Source of the DNA: Thalia democratica
Taxonomy: Eukaryota
Reading direction: 5' to 3'
DNA length: 64,000 bases
Assembly: GCA_965202585.1 (NCBI GenBank)
Contig: OZ241827.1
Span: 58,280,001-58,344,000 of the forward strand
Below, piece after piece: positions 24,301 through 39,300 of this stretch (its first letter is position 1; each line of letters begins with the position of its first letter). The notes under the pieces are model-generated. The model did no database searches, was not told where the DNA came from, and saw only the letters and a list, made by a program, of their open reading frames with translations. Position numbers and translations under genes: made by a program.

Positions 24301-27300
24301 CCGAACAACAAGCAGGAGTTTACACTTGCGAGTGCCAGCAAGGATTCCTGCGCGGTGACAACGACACCTGCATTGGTTTGTGATAGCTTTCCTTGAGAAA
24401 TAATACTAGTTCTAAATATATTAACTAATAAAAGATTTTTGTTTTTACTTTCTAACTATTTCAATTATCAAAAAAGCGGAACTATCAAACAGCTTAAAAA
24501 GTACACGGCTGTCAGTTATAGAACTAGTGTTTTTATATTAGCTTTTGCAAATTGAAATTAAAAATTTCAAGAAATCATATCTTGCAACGAGCTGAACTGC
24601 GAGAGCCTGGCAAACGAGGAGTGTGTTGAGAACAGCGACGGTCAGGGCAGGTGCGTTTGTTCGAGCGGCTACGAAAGAAATCAGCTCGGTGGCGCTTGTA
24701 CCGGTGAGTTTTTAATTATTATCAAAAAAATTGTTATGTATTTTCTATTTACGTGCAGTAAAACTAAAAAGCGTTGAAAATCAGTTTGAATTTAGTTTTG
24801 TTTCTTTACTCTTGCAAATGCATACAAAGCTTTTTCAAACAAGCCACTAACGAGGGCCGCCTCAAGTTTTCAAACTTTTATGCTTACATGCCAAACTTTC
24901 TAACCGAAAACCTATTTTTGAAACAACAATTTTATTGTTTTACAATGTTATTTTATAACGAACAGACATAGACGAGTGCAACGATCAGATACTGAACACT
25001 TGCGACCAGTTAGCGACTTGCGTCAACAAGGCAGGCTCCTTCTCTTGCCAGTGTCCCTGCGGATACGTTGACGAGTTTGGAAACGGAACTAGCTGCTGTT
25101 AGTATGAAACAAAATATTTATTTTAAGTATACATATTATAAATATATGCTAATTAAACAAAAATAAAAGCAGTTTATATTGAAAACCATCAATAGTACGT
25201 TAAGTAGTTCTAACAGTATTTTTAGACAGTATTTTTTTAAGTTAACTTGCATCTGTACTACATTAAAACAATTATTCATAAATTTTAACTTATACCTATC
25301 GCAGATGAAAACAGTTGCTTGAGTGCTGGGGATGTTTGCGACCACACATGCGTTCCTTTCAACGGCGGGTTCAATTGTGAGTGCGACGAGCATTTCGACC
25401 TTGTTGGAAACGGAACGTGCCAACGTGAGTGATTGTTGCTTATAAGTATGAAGGGTGTAAAAATTTGATATATTTAATAAGTTCAAAGCTGCAAACGATT
25501 TTATTGACGTCACAATTCCCTATGAGCTTTCTCTTTAAAACTTTGAGCTTTTTGCATACTTGGGATCTTTAATGTAGTTTATTAAGGTTAAGCTGCAGAT
25601 ATTTAATAAATTAAATAGTTTCTCAAAACTGCATAAGGTTACTATAAAAATGGTTTACTAAAGAATTAAACAGACTTTAACTTGTTGTTAATCAACTACA
25701 TCTACCAGCATTAAGAAGTTCACTTTATACTGTAAACGTCACGAGAAGAAAATAAAATCAGAAATTCAATAAATAATAAACCACCAGGTGTTAATTTGAA
25801 TCTTAAGCTCGGTGTTTTAGATAGTATAAAACAAAAAACGTGAAAATTTATTAGTATAAACCACAAAAAAAACTATTTAGTTTTACTAACTGTAGATAGT
25901 ATTTAGTATTTAAAAGACTTAATGATTTGTTTAAATTACTGGTTTTAAAAGAGTTAAGAATAATACAACTTAGTAATAAAAATTTCAAAAAAAAAGAAAA
26001 ATTTTAAACCCAAGTTTTGATTAACACTGATGTTTTACTGACAATCGCTCTGTTGTGTTGGTACTCACAACTCATCTGACCAAAAACTGTAACTTTTCAC
26101 AGCGGTCAACCCATGCTCCGAAGTGTCGGCTGCGATGTGCACCAACAGCGACTGCTACCTTCTACCCGATGACTCGCCCCAGTGCAGGTGCAGGCCGGGG
26201 TACCAGGAATCCGAAGTTCCCGGGTTGTGCGTCGAACAAGACGGGTGCGTTGCCAACAGCTTCTGCGACGAGTCTTCATCCGTGAGTTGATAAAAAAGAA
26301 TATTTTTGTTAAATTTTCTTCTAAACTAGCTTTGAAAAAGCAAGTTTTATAGATGCATCACCAAAAGTAGTTACTTGTTATTGCTTGACAAACGGAGTAT
26401 CTAAAAAACTTCTTGCATTCAAAAAATTGAATATTCAAAAACACTCAAACACCAAATGCTAAATACAACAGGTTTGCGAAGACACGGACTCGGGTTTCGA
26501 GTGCCAGTGCCGACCCGGTTTCGTCCCCACGCTCGCGGCGCCGAACTACTGCTGCGTGCCGGGCGCCAACCCCTGCCTGGACTCCCCGTGCGGCAACGGA
26601 ACCTGCCAGTTCTCCTTCAGCAACGCGAACATGTACGAGTGCACCTGCGACGACGGGTACCAGGGAGACAACTGCGAACGGGGTCGGTCCGACAGTTTTG
26701 TTTTCAACGAGCGTTTTGTTTAAAAGCTAGCTTGAGAAAAAAATAAAAGAAATTTTTAGTAGATGCTGTCGTCAATGCTATCATTATAGTTTGACATAAG
26801 TTATCAAAAAAAATGATTCCTAGTCCATTTATTTTATTTAATGTTTTAGAAGTTTTTTCGAACATGTTGATATTTTTATTTTATTTAACTCAATATTAGG
26901 ATTTAATTCTTTGTTCCTAATTTTGTTGTTAATTATTCAGATATTGATGAGTGCTCCCAACTGCAGTCGACTGAAATAAGAATTTGTGGAGAGTACGGTG
27001 AATGCATGAACACGATTGGTTCATACTTCTGCTCTTGTCAAGACGGCATCACTGGTGAAAACTGCGAGGTAGCTTTGGTTTTCAAATTATTTTTTTATTT
27101 AGATGACTGAATCTTTGAAATCCTCTTTTTACAATGTAATCAGTATTTAAGAACCACACCATCCTTAGTTATTAAAAATAAAAAAGTTTAAGGAAACAAA
27201 AGATATCGTTTTGAGTAAATCATTGATGGCTAAAAAAAATTCCTAACCCTTTTTTTATATTAACAGGAAGACATCAACGAATGTTTGGACGATTCGCTGA

Positions 27301-30300
27301 ACAACTGTTCCGAGTTTGCCGTTTGTAACAACACGACCCCAGGGTTCACTTGCTCGTGTATTGACATGTACCAAGTGCCCAGCAATGGTCCTTTCGACGG
27401 ATCAGTCTGCCAACGTTAGTTTGTTTACTTAAGTAGGTAACAATGGAAACACAATATATGGATTTAGAAAAGTGTATCTGTTAAATAACTTTCTTGTCAA
27501 TTTCATAGTCGAGTAAGCTAGTTTAGGTTTTTGACTTAAACTGTACTAAATATGGTCAAGTTTCTAGTTTAGACTTAAATAGTTATACTTCGGTCGTTAT
27601 TATTGTTCTTAATAACGCATGCACTTTGAAAAAATAATTTATGATATTATTGCAGCCATCGAACTGCAGCCATTCGGACCAATGTTCGGCGATATTTTGC
27701 TCGCCAAAGGAGCCTTCAGTCCCGATGCTTTGACGCCCTTGTTCGTCAGTCAGACCGGAATACCCGTTGGTTCAACTACCTATGAGAGGTGAAAATAAAA
27801 ATATAAATTTGTTACGCGTTATTAAAACTTTTATCTACTACATCTTTTATTTCAAACAAAATTGAAATCTTTTTTTGAGGTTTAGAGTTTTTAAATACTG
27901 GAACATAAGTGACCAGCAGTTATACAATAAGATAGTAATAAAACTAGATATATTTCGAGCAATTCTCATCAGTAGAATATAAAGCAAACAAGATATAAGA
28001 CTTTACTAACTTATATAGTAACCAAGTAATCATAAAGTAATTAAGGATTAACAAAAGACAAAAGCAATTAGTAGCAGCTAAAATCATTTAAGTTTACTTA
28101 CGTTTTAATTAATCTACATTGAAACTAAACTAAAGTTTAGTTGTTGTTACTGTTTTTGTTTGGTAATATCTTATGTTATTTTAACCTTTTAAACAATCAA
28201 GTTGCTTTTCTTTGTCATACGTTTTTTAGTAAAAACATTATTATTTTATCTATACAATAATATTTTTCAAACGCTATCTTTTATTGATCAAACAAAACTT
28301 ATCATTTAAACAATACGAATGCTTTATTATGTCGTTAAGCCGACATTGTATAGCTGGCCTATAAACTTAAAACTAAGTTTATATTTTAAACTATCAAACA
28401 TTTTCCTATAAATATAAATTCTTATAAACAGTAACAACAAAAATTAAAAATGTCAAATTAAAAAAAAAATTAAAGGTTGTATTTTTCGTTAATCTATTTA
28501 TTTAAAACAAACAGGATTTACTTCTCATCGAACGGGTTGTTCGTGCTCCAGCCGGCCATCACCTCCACCGCCCAGTTCACCTACTTCGGCCCTCCCGCCG
28601 TCTTCTCGAGCGTGCAGGAGTTCAGGGACTTCGTTCCGACCAACCAGAACGCCCTGGTCGCTCCCTTCTGGTTCAGCATGGACTACTCGGGTCAGGACAG
28701 CAGGATCTACTACCAGTTCATACAGAGGGGCAGCGCCGACCAAGGTAGTGACTTTATATTTACTCTTGATAAAGTTTTCAAACTAATGACAAGGTAGTAT
28801 TTTACAGTCAGTGCTAACTCTGTCAAGAAAAACTATGTGTTCTAAAAAGATTAAAATGTCAAGATGATACTTGAGTAAAACATATATTTTAAAACTAGCA
28901 AATAACAACTTGTTAATACTTTGTTTAATTTTAGTTGAAAAAGTTTTATGGATTCCGCTCTACTCTTTTTAAGTTATATACAGTAAAAACAATTAATTTA
29001 ACATGTGAGTACACTAAGACTAAATAATTTAAAGTTACAAAGACAAAAAAAAAACTTTTATTGTAGCCGCTTTAACTCTGATGGATAATCTCAGAGACAC
29101 TATTCGATTGAGCGCTGAAAATGAGACTTCATTGTTGAACTTTATTCCTCTTGAAGTTTTCAAGATCACAGTTGAGAAACTTTCTTACTTCTCCGATGAC
29201 TTCCGACTACCAACCGACACTGTAAGTTTTATAAAGAAACTTTAAAGGTTAAAAATAATTTAAGTGTGCTACTAAACTTAGTTTAATATAAAATTTAGCA
29301 CAATGTATAAGTGTATGTAAAAAACAGTAAAACGTATAAAATTAAAACAGAAAACTGCAAATTATTCTAATACTTCTTATTACCCAGGGTATAACCTACC
29401 AAGCGTTCCTTGTGACCGACGGACAACGCTCGTTCATGATAACCAGGTACTTGGACATGAACGCGAACAACATCTTCAACAAGCAGGCCTCCATCGGTTA
29501 CGTCACTCCGAACAGCAACGAACTGCACCCTGCCGCTTTGACTTCAATCATCAACAGACCCGACCTTTTCACAGAGGAAAGCACAGGTAATGATATTCAT
29601 TGTAATAATTAGACATATTAATAATCTATCTAGTAGCAATTATATCGGAAAAAAAAACAACTTCAAATTTTTTCATTATTGTTTTCAATTCATTATAAAA
29701 AATACATCAATCACAGGTGTCAAGGGAAGGATCGTTCTGAGGTTGGACAGCTTGGGCGACGTCGTCCAGGAAAGTCCCGAGCAAAGATGCCAGAGGTGGT
29801 TCGAGTCAGAACCCGATCCGTCAGAATGGCTTTTTGAGAGAACCGTAAGTTTGATGTTTGACTAAAACTGTTTCCTTAATTTTATTGTTTACCTTTTTCT
29901 AGAGATAGTCATTGCTGCTTTATAAGTTAGTTCAAATTAATGGCTGCAAAAAAGAACTACATTTAAAATATTAAAAACGGAAAGTTTTTGTACATGACAA
30001 ACAAAACAGTTTTAAATTTTGTTCTGTTTTGAAGTTATAAGTATATACTTTGTGTTCTTATTGTAAATAAAAAAACCTTAAAGTATATTTTAGAAATAAG
30101 CAATTTAAATAATTTATTATAAACACCTAGGCTTGCCCACCAACCATATTTGACGTTTCAATGGACTTTTCGTTTGTTCGCCCGACCTACCTGACGGCTC
30201 CTGGACTCAGCGATGAAGTAAAAACAACCCTTCAAACGTGGACTGGTTTGTAAGACTGCTTATTCAATAATCACTAGCAATAACAATATTAAAATTATAA

Positions 30301-33300
30301 CTTTTTATAAAAGTACATATTTACCAAACTTATTAAACTTTTTATACAAATATCACTAACAATATACTAACATTTCCTACTTCGCAGGTTCAAACTGCTT
30401 CGTGCAGCTGTTCGGAGTCAACCCCGCAACCTGCTGCTACGACCAGGTGTTCGGAAGTCTCTTGACGGGGGGATACCCGTTTGGAGGGGGACACTTCGCC
30501 AGGAATCCGGTTCCTACGCTGTCGTACTTCGACTACACTGATGCCGTCGTTCAAGCCAGCATCGGTAAGTTTTTGCATTTTATAAATTAGGATAAAACAG
30601 AATACATTAAGGGCGAAGTGTGGAATAGATCAATGGAGCAGTTGCTTTAATTACAAAAATTAAAAGAATTACAAAAATTACAAAAATTAAAAGAAAACAG
30701 TTCACCTTTTTTTCTGATGTAAACTTGAGCTAGAACTCCTATTTCGATTAAAATATTCATTGAATACTTTTGCACCACAAGCTTAAAATAGTCAACTTAA
30801 ATCATACTGTTAAGAGTTTTTAGTTGTGTACAAAATGAGTTGTGATAAATTGAATTACAACCGGTTATTAACAGAGTCTGACGTTCAACCTGGAATTGAC
30901 TGCTGCGTGAATTCTGAAAACCCGATCTGGTGCTTAAGATACCAGCAAAAACGACCATCAACTTCTTCTTTCGGATATTCAAGATCACGATTCGGTAAGT
31001 TTTATGTTTTAGATAAGCCATAACTACAAATTATTTAAAATTAAGTAAAAAGCTTAAGTAAATATTTTTATCAATTATTGTGTAAAACGTTTTTCCTTCC
31101 GCATAACCAATAAAACAAAAACTGACTGTGAAAATTAAATTAAAGCTTTTGGGTTCCTCGATCCGCAGATGATCACTTTGGACGACGTCAAGTACCAATA
31201 CTCTGGAGTTGGAGAATACACTCTGTCCACTAACAACCAGGGATTCGATGTTCAGGTTGGTCATATAAACTGTTCATATTTATTCAAATTGCTTGAAAAT
31301 AAGCTGTAAATTATATCTTAACGCTACTCTGGTTTTTCAAAATCTCGAAAACAAGATTTCTTGTGTTTATAAAAGTTGAAACTATTAATATTTTATTAAG
31401 AACTAAAACTTGAATAAAAATAATGCAGGCTCGCATGACCAAGAGCTTAGACGACGCAGGAAACGAACTTAACACGACGGTCTTCACGTCTGTAGCTTTC
31501 AGCTTACCTTACGAAGGTGGCTCTATGGTTGTTCAGGTCGATCTCGACAATTCGGAAACGAACGATTTCGACAACATGTCGGTTTCAATTGATCGAGTGA
31601 GGTTCAATTCGACTCAAGTTGCAAATTTGAATGGTGGATGTAAGTTGTAAAAATCAATTAAAATCATAGACAATTTTCTATTTAATTTAAAATTTTAGTT
31701 TTGACACAACCGACGGGAGGAAATATCATTGTTTACTTTGTATCGACTGAAGTAGCTGGGAACCCAGCATTATTGGTACTTACTAACAACAACAGCATTC
31801 CTCGAATAGCAATATACGCTACTGACAACAGACTTTCAATTCAAGTTTCTGCTCCTAACGACGTCACTTTAAGTGGTCTTTATGGTAAGTATTCGTTTTC
31901 AGCGGATAAAATACATGTTTATACTTGTTTAGGTTCGTAAATCTACTTCGTTGTTAAAGTATAGAGAAATACATGCAAAGTTTTAAATAAACGCCTTTTT
32001 ACACTCATACATACTTGAAGGTTTCGCCGACGACATGGTGTCAAACGACTTCACGTTGAGGAACGGAAGCGTGTTGGATCTTTTAAGCGTCAGGTACATG
32101 CCACTAATGTCACCCAGCTCCGATGAAGAACAGAGGTGGAATAACTACATTAGTGATGAGTGGGTGGTCAGCTCCAGGATAAGGAGATTCGCCGAATCAT
32201 GTGAGTTAAAGCTTTTCCTGAACATATGACTTTTCCCATAATAGTTATTTAATTTAGACTTATTATATATGAATAAGTAAGACTTAGTGTTTGTGTTAGT
32301 AAACATTATTGAAGTAGATAAAATATGTGTTTTAAATGATAAACATTGAAAAGCGTTCTAAATTTTAGTTATTAATAATCAACATTTAACCAGTTTACTA
32401 AAAATGGTTAAATTTTAAAAACATAATAATTATATTTTTTGTACCTAATAGGGCGAGTTGCAGAAGCAGAGTCATTGTTTACATACACAACCGGATCTTA
32501 CGCCAGTTTCAACGATCCCAGCTTCCAGCAAGCGGACATTGTATCCTTGCTTAGATCCGTCGATCAAACTTTCCTTGATCCTGCTATTGCTAGCTGCAAC
32601 TTTGATGGAAGTTTTGTTGAGGTTAGTATGTTCAAGCGTTTTTAAAATCTATAACAAATTAGCATAAAAAATTGTTACAATGAAAAATTTTCAACTAAAT
32701 ATTTAACTTTGATATGGTAATGTATCTAACTCTACATTCTAGTTAGTTATAAAAAATTGATAATGTACTTTTTTTAATGCTAGCTGATCAACAAAGTTCC
32801 AACTTAAATTAACAGGGAAGCGCATCATACAAGTTCACCGGTTGCATTTACACCTTGCTCAACACAAACGATTTGTCACGTGCTTCGAGCATCATCGCCG
32901 AAATAACCACCAATGAAGAGCTGAGTAGCGGTAATTAGTTAGACGTGTTAAAAATTAACTTAGAACAAATGTATGTTACGTTCTGCTAACAGATTATTTT
33001 ATTAAAATGAAGAACATGCTATAAAATAAAAAAGTCACCAAAATAAGTTTGATAGAAAGATTTTTTTTTCATTTTAATAACTTACTAAATTTCTCTCTAA
33101 ACATCAATTACTCTTTTCAGACAAACAGCTGTAAACAATTTATTTTGTTGTTCTTGAAAGCATTTATCGTTTTTCTGCTGATAAATAAATAATTAACGCT
33201 ATAATTACAAAATTGAACAGCTTTTAAAATATTTGAAACTATAGTTTATATGTATAAAAAATCGCTAATTTCTAAACTGAATCATAAATAATTATTAAAC

Positions 33301-36300
33301 TTTAAAAAAATAGACAGTCTATGTATCATTAACGAACTGAACTTTGAACTTGACTCAAGAGAATATCTATCATCAATTTCTTTCCAGGCAACACGGCACC
33401 ATCGTTTGATGCTGAGAGAATCACGATTCGAGTGAAAGTCGGCCAACTGTTCACGCTTCAGTTGAATGCTTCTGACCCTGATGAAGGTGACGTCATCACT
33501 TACCTCATGACTGGCGACGCAGCTTCGGAAGCCACTCTCAACTCGACAAGTTAGAACTTGCGACTTGTACTTTTGTTTAAAAAGTAAATAACAAAAAAAA
33601 TAAATTTATTAATTTCTTTCATTATATTTTAAAGCAAACTCAGTTTCCATAATTTCTCCTCTAGAAGTGAGACAATTTTATTAGTTTTCAAAAATCAAAA
33701 CATTTAACAATAAAATATAGGCTAGTTTCAGTTTAACTTACAACAAACCTTACTATAAAACGTTAAAACAAATAAAAACATTTAAACGATTATTATTAAA
33801 AAAACAATTTCAATTATACTATTTTGATTATGAATGTATTCTTTAAGGTGGTCTCTTCTCATGGACTCCCGTCTCATACGCAACGCCAACAAGTCCACTG
33901 ACCTTCTACGCTGCTGATGCGAGAAACCAAACTACAAGACTCATTGTCATAACTGAGCTTTGTGGATGCGAGAACGGAGGAGGTTGCAACTTTGAAACCC
34001 TCGTCATCAATCAAGCTGACTTCAGGGTTGGTTGAAAAAATTACACCAATTTTAAAGTTTTTTTCTGTGTGGGGATAACTTTGTTTTAACATGTTGACTT
34101 AAATTTACACTTAATTAGTATAGTGTTAAAGTTAAAACATTAGTTATTAGTTTTCATAAATGTCATTCAAACATCTTATTGTTTTCAAACACAATGTACA
34201 TCAGTAATGCATCATAGTTCATTTTATTTCACAAAGAAAATATTAACAACCCGATATTAAATTCCAGCTTGCATCTTGCGATTGTCCCGAGGATTTCGGG
34301 GGCGCTGTGTGCAACGAAACAATTTCAGGGTGCTCTATAAACCCCTGCTACCCCAATGTTACCTGCACCGACACCGCAGGGGGAAGGGAGTGTGGAGCTT
34401 GCCCGGACGGATTCTCCGGTAATGGTGCAGTCTGCTACGAAGATCGTTAGTTTTCTATCGTTTTGTATATAAATATATGTATATACAAATTTGTCTAAAG
34501 CTTTTATGAAAAAAAGATAAGAAAAAATAGTTTCGTAAACCATCATTCTAATAACTTTATTATATAAAGTATTTCATTTAAGAAGACAATACACGATTTT
34601 CACTAATAGTATCAACAACTTTAAATAAAAAACAAACAAACTAATAGCAGTTTTGTCAACCGACCAAGCCAACAGTTAAAACTTACCGTGCAATTTTTAC
34701 TCACAGCTTGCTTGAGCAACCCGTGCAGCCAGGAGTGTAAGCCGGAGAACGTCGTGGCAGGAACTTTCGCTTGTTCCTGCCAAACCGGATACCAGCTGGC
34801 AGGCGACAACGTGACGTGTGATGACGTCAACGAGTGTGACGCAACGCCGTGCAGCAACTCAACCGAAACTTGCTTGAACACCATCGGCAGCTTCCAGTGA
34901 GTTTGTTGTAATGGCTCTTAGAAAACTATTTACTGCTTGAATAGGACTAAAATTTGAAGATTATATTGATACTCTTTTAAAATACTGGTAATGTTTTAAA
35001 GTTTCTATTAGTAAGAATTTTTAACAAATCATATTTTTTTACCGAACTATAAACAACAGATATCATTTGTCTAAGTTAAATTAACAAGCAATAATGTTAA
35101 CTTTGAAAGATAAACCAGTTTATTTTGTGTTATAATAGACTGTCTTTGGAAAAATACTTATTTACAAACACTCTGCACAGAATAATCAAAAACTTGTGCA
35201 ACAAAGTGTGTCTTAAACAGTCTTATAATTTATTTAGGTGTCTGTGCCGTCCAGGATACAACGTATCAGCAATGGAAGAATCATGTGTTGATATTAACGA
35301 GTGTCTTGAAGACCTGAGTGAGTGCAACATCGCAACAACTTCTTGTGTGAACGAACCCGGAACTTACTCGTTAGTACTTGTAAACTAGTTAACATCATGT
35401 TCATTATTTAAGTTTTATCTTTACACAATGTCAGTGTACAGCAAATCATAAAGTAGCTTTATGTATGTTTGTGTGCATCTTTAAATTTTATTTTCTATAC
35501 TTATTTAACAATACTTTTCACAGTTGTAAATGTTTGGACGGATTTGTGCCTTCATCGAGCAATCAGACTTGTAACGACATAAACGAATGTGAAAGCAACG
35601 TCACAAATACTTGTAATCCATCCAACAGTGAATGTAACAATCTACCTGGCTCTTTTGAGTACGAGAATTTGTAAATTAAAAATAAGTTTTGTAAATGATT
35701 TATTTAGGTTAAACTTACGAAATAAAGGACATTACTATATTTTGTAGACGTTTTCTTTCTTTTTAATCAAAAAGACCAAACATAGTGAGTTTCTTTTTAA
35801 ACTATTTAAAAAAATATAATGTTATATATTACATTGAAACAAAAAACACAAAATTAATGTAAACATTTACAGTTTTTTAAAAACACAAAAGTCTACATAT
35901 TCAATTTATACTTGAAATTCAATTATCTAATGTCAACTCAGGTGTGTGTGTTTGGAAGGATATACGAAGGACAATGTGTCTGAAACTTGCGTTGATATTG
36001 ACGAGTGCGAACTTGAAAAGTGCGGAACCGCAATCTGCATCAACTTTAGTGGAGGATACAAGTGTGTTTTAATTTTTACTAAAAAATCTTTATAATTAAA
36101 TCTATTAAAATATTTAAAATAATTTTAAGTAACAACCTTGTGTTTTTTATAGTTTTCAGTACTTACATATAGTTTAAATTTAAAAGTAAGTTCTTTAAAA
36201 TGCTGGTCAGTTTTGTAGTACGTAGAAATAATAAAAGTATCAAAATCCAAGTTTTCTTGCTTATAACATGCTAGCAGTTATTTTATACAAAAACGCCAAT

Positions 36301-39300
36301 ATATTCCAGTTGCACATGTATCGAGGGATTCACCTTCAATGAAACAGCCCTCAGTTGCGATGACAACGACGAATGTGTGGTTGAAAACGGTGGATGCAGT
36401 CATATTTGCACTAACTCACTAGGTTAGCTTATAAGTTGAAACAAAAGTTAAATACTTTTAATTAAGAGAAAACCTCTTGTAAAATATATTTTACAAAAAG
36501 GTACTGCAAACTTATTTAGTTGTTCAAATTTTTGACAAATTTCGTTGGCATCGATAGTACATTTTTTTGTAGTATATTAAAATAGTTAATTCCTTCTTTT
36601 TTATTTTGATTACCCTAGACTAAATTAAATTTAAGTCTTATTTTAAAATACAACCGACAATACAAATGTTTTGCAGGTTCTTTCGATTGTAGCTGTCCAG
36701 AAGGGCTGAGGCTTTCTTTGGACATGAAGACTTGCACAGACGTTGACGAATGCGATGGATCTCCTTGTCAGCAATTATGTGCAAACACTGAAGGTTCGTT
36801 AGTTTAAACAAATACTTGTAAAACGCTTATATTAAGTAATTTTAGCTATGAGTTATATAAACCGTAACATTTTTCAAATAATAAAATAATATTCTTTGCA
36901 TAATTATAATTTTGTGGTAAAAGTCCTTATAAGACCCGAACCAACTAACCTAGGACCTATATAACAAAAATAAATACTAACAACTTGCATTAACGTTTCA
37001 AGGTTCTTACGTGTGTTCGTGTGAGGACGGGTTCCTGCTGGTTGATGGCGTGAACTGCGAAGCAAACGTCACGTGTTCCAACGATGAAGCGCAATCATGC
37101 GTGAATGCGGCATGCAAGAGGAATGAGGAAGCTGAAGTCGTATGCGTCTGCAATAATGGTACGAATAGTTTGAACAACTTAGATTAGATATAGTTCGAAT
37201 TTTTAAATCTTCAATAATGCAGAATTTAAGTACTTTTTATTGATTTTGCTCAGTGTCGAGTGAAAATTTAGTTTTATTTAGACTAATAGATATTTTTTAG
37301 ATAACAATGGTTTTATTAAATTTGTGTACTTTCAAGAATAAAACTTTTAAGAATTCAACACTAATTATGTCTTACTATTAGTCCTTATAAACCTGGTAAA
37401 GGTTTTAAAACTTTCTTCTTTTATCTTTAAAAAAAATAAGTTCAAAATTACACTACATTTTCTAATACATACTACCATTTTTAGTTTTAAGATAATAAAA
37501 CTTATCTATAAGTAACTAACTAAGCAAACTCCTTTTACTATAAGATTATGTATGTTTGAGTTCTTTCAATCGTAACAACACCATGATAAAATAATTTTAA
37601 AGGGTACGAACAAGTGAATGCAACATTCTGTCAAGACATCAACGAATGTAACGGTAATAACACTTGCGATGCAAACGCACTGTGCACAAACACTGATGGT
37701 TCTTATGAGTAAGTTTGCATTTTCTTTTGCCGGACAAAAACACTCTGTTGTTTTTAAATTAATTGACTGTTTAAAAAATAATATCAAAAACTATTCTAAC
37801 TTAATTTTTCCGGTTCTAATTTTTTGAACATTGCTAGTTTTTTAAGAAAAAGTTGTTTAAACGTTAAATGTTTATTGGAATCAACTTTTAAGGTGCCTTG
37901 TTTTGGTACTGATTTCCTTAACCATTGCTCATATGTATAAGTAAAATATTCTAATGATGCCGAAAAATAAAAATATTTAAAAAAAATCACAGGTGTCAAT
38001 GTAACGAGTACTTTGCCTCTCGGTCTGAACCAAGCGGAAGGGTTTGCACAGGTAAGAGCAGCAAAAACGCCGTTAAACTTTAACAAACTAATAAGTTGTA
38101 CATGCTATTTTACAAAAGGCTAGTAGATGAACAAAATTGAATACATTTAATTTTAACAGAGCTCACGCCGCCAGTGGTCGCTGTTCCGGTTGTGGTTTAC
38201 AACAACGTCACCATCACGTGGAGCTCCGTGTCCGTCGGACAGTTCTTCGAGTGAGTTTCAAGAAATAATATTTTCCACCAGTTAAGTTATTAGGAGGTAT
38301 GAATTTATTTTTTTCAGCATCTACCTGCAGCTGGACGGAATTGAAACTCGCCTGTTCGAGCAGAGGCTCAACTCGACACAGACTTCGATCACCTTCACCG
38401 GTCTCGACCTCTCTTCAACGTACAGATGTAAGCCTTTTATTTTGAATCATTTTATTTTAACTAAGTTGATTAAGAAGCCTTAAATGCATAAAACGAAAAC
38501 AGTTTTATTAAAAATCGTGATTTTTAAAATAACTAAAATATTGTTTAATAAGCTACTTTATTTTTATCAGTTTTTATTGTGACTGCTTTTGGTGAAGCCT
38601 TGAGCAGACCCGCTCAGCAGTCTTTCAAGACTCCCGAAGGTCTCAGTCCACCGACATTCGAGAGCATTAACCTTGTTGAAGATGTTACTAGCAATAGTAT
38701 CACTGTGAGTTTTAATAAATGCTTGTATCTTTACTCCTTTTTGGTGATATACCTTTTTATTTTTTCTAGAAATTTAAAAACCTTCTCTGATGTTAAAATT
38801 TGTTAGTAGTTCACTTTAAACAAGAAAAATCAAGTTTGTTGCATTTATTTATGTTACTTTTTTTTTCATTCTCGCTTTAGGTGAGCTGGGTACTTTCGGA
38901 AACATCTCCTGCTATAGGATTTAGATTGAATGTTACAGAGGAAATTTCAGGAGATCTAGTCAGACAAACCGGTCCTTCCATTGGCGCTAAATCCGTTAGT
39001 TACAACGCTTCTATGCTACTATGTTGCTAATAAATTAGTTATTTTTATTCCTAGTATACCTTCGATGAATTGAGTCCTACAACTCTGTACCGTTTCTCAA
39101 TTGCAAGTTACGTTGGGGAGGAAGTTAGTGAAGTTAGAACAGTCACACAGTACACAGGTTTTTAATATTTTTCTGGTTTTTAGTTTTGTTTTATTTCGTA
39201 AAAAAAAATTGGCAAAAACTTTTGCAGTTAATCCTTTTAATATCTTGATATTTGAAGAAGTACTTTTAGCCAGTTTCAATTGTCTTACTTTCACTTGTCA

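Noticed and set aside
13211-37602. Seven AAG acceptors as possible non-canonical splicing
   Set aside because: All introns are still GT-AG, and 7 of about 76 is not clearly unusual.
38271-38317. Apparent 15-nt micro-exon (CCAG|TTAAGTTATTAGGAG|GTATG)
   Set aside because: The flanking introns would be only 31 and 21 nt, well below the roughly 55-60 nt shortest introns seen here.
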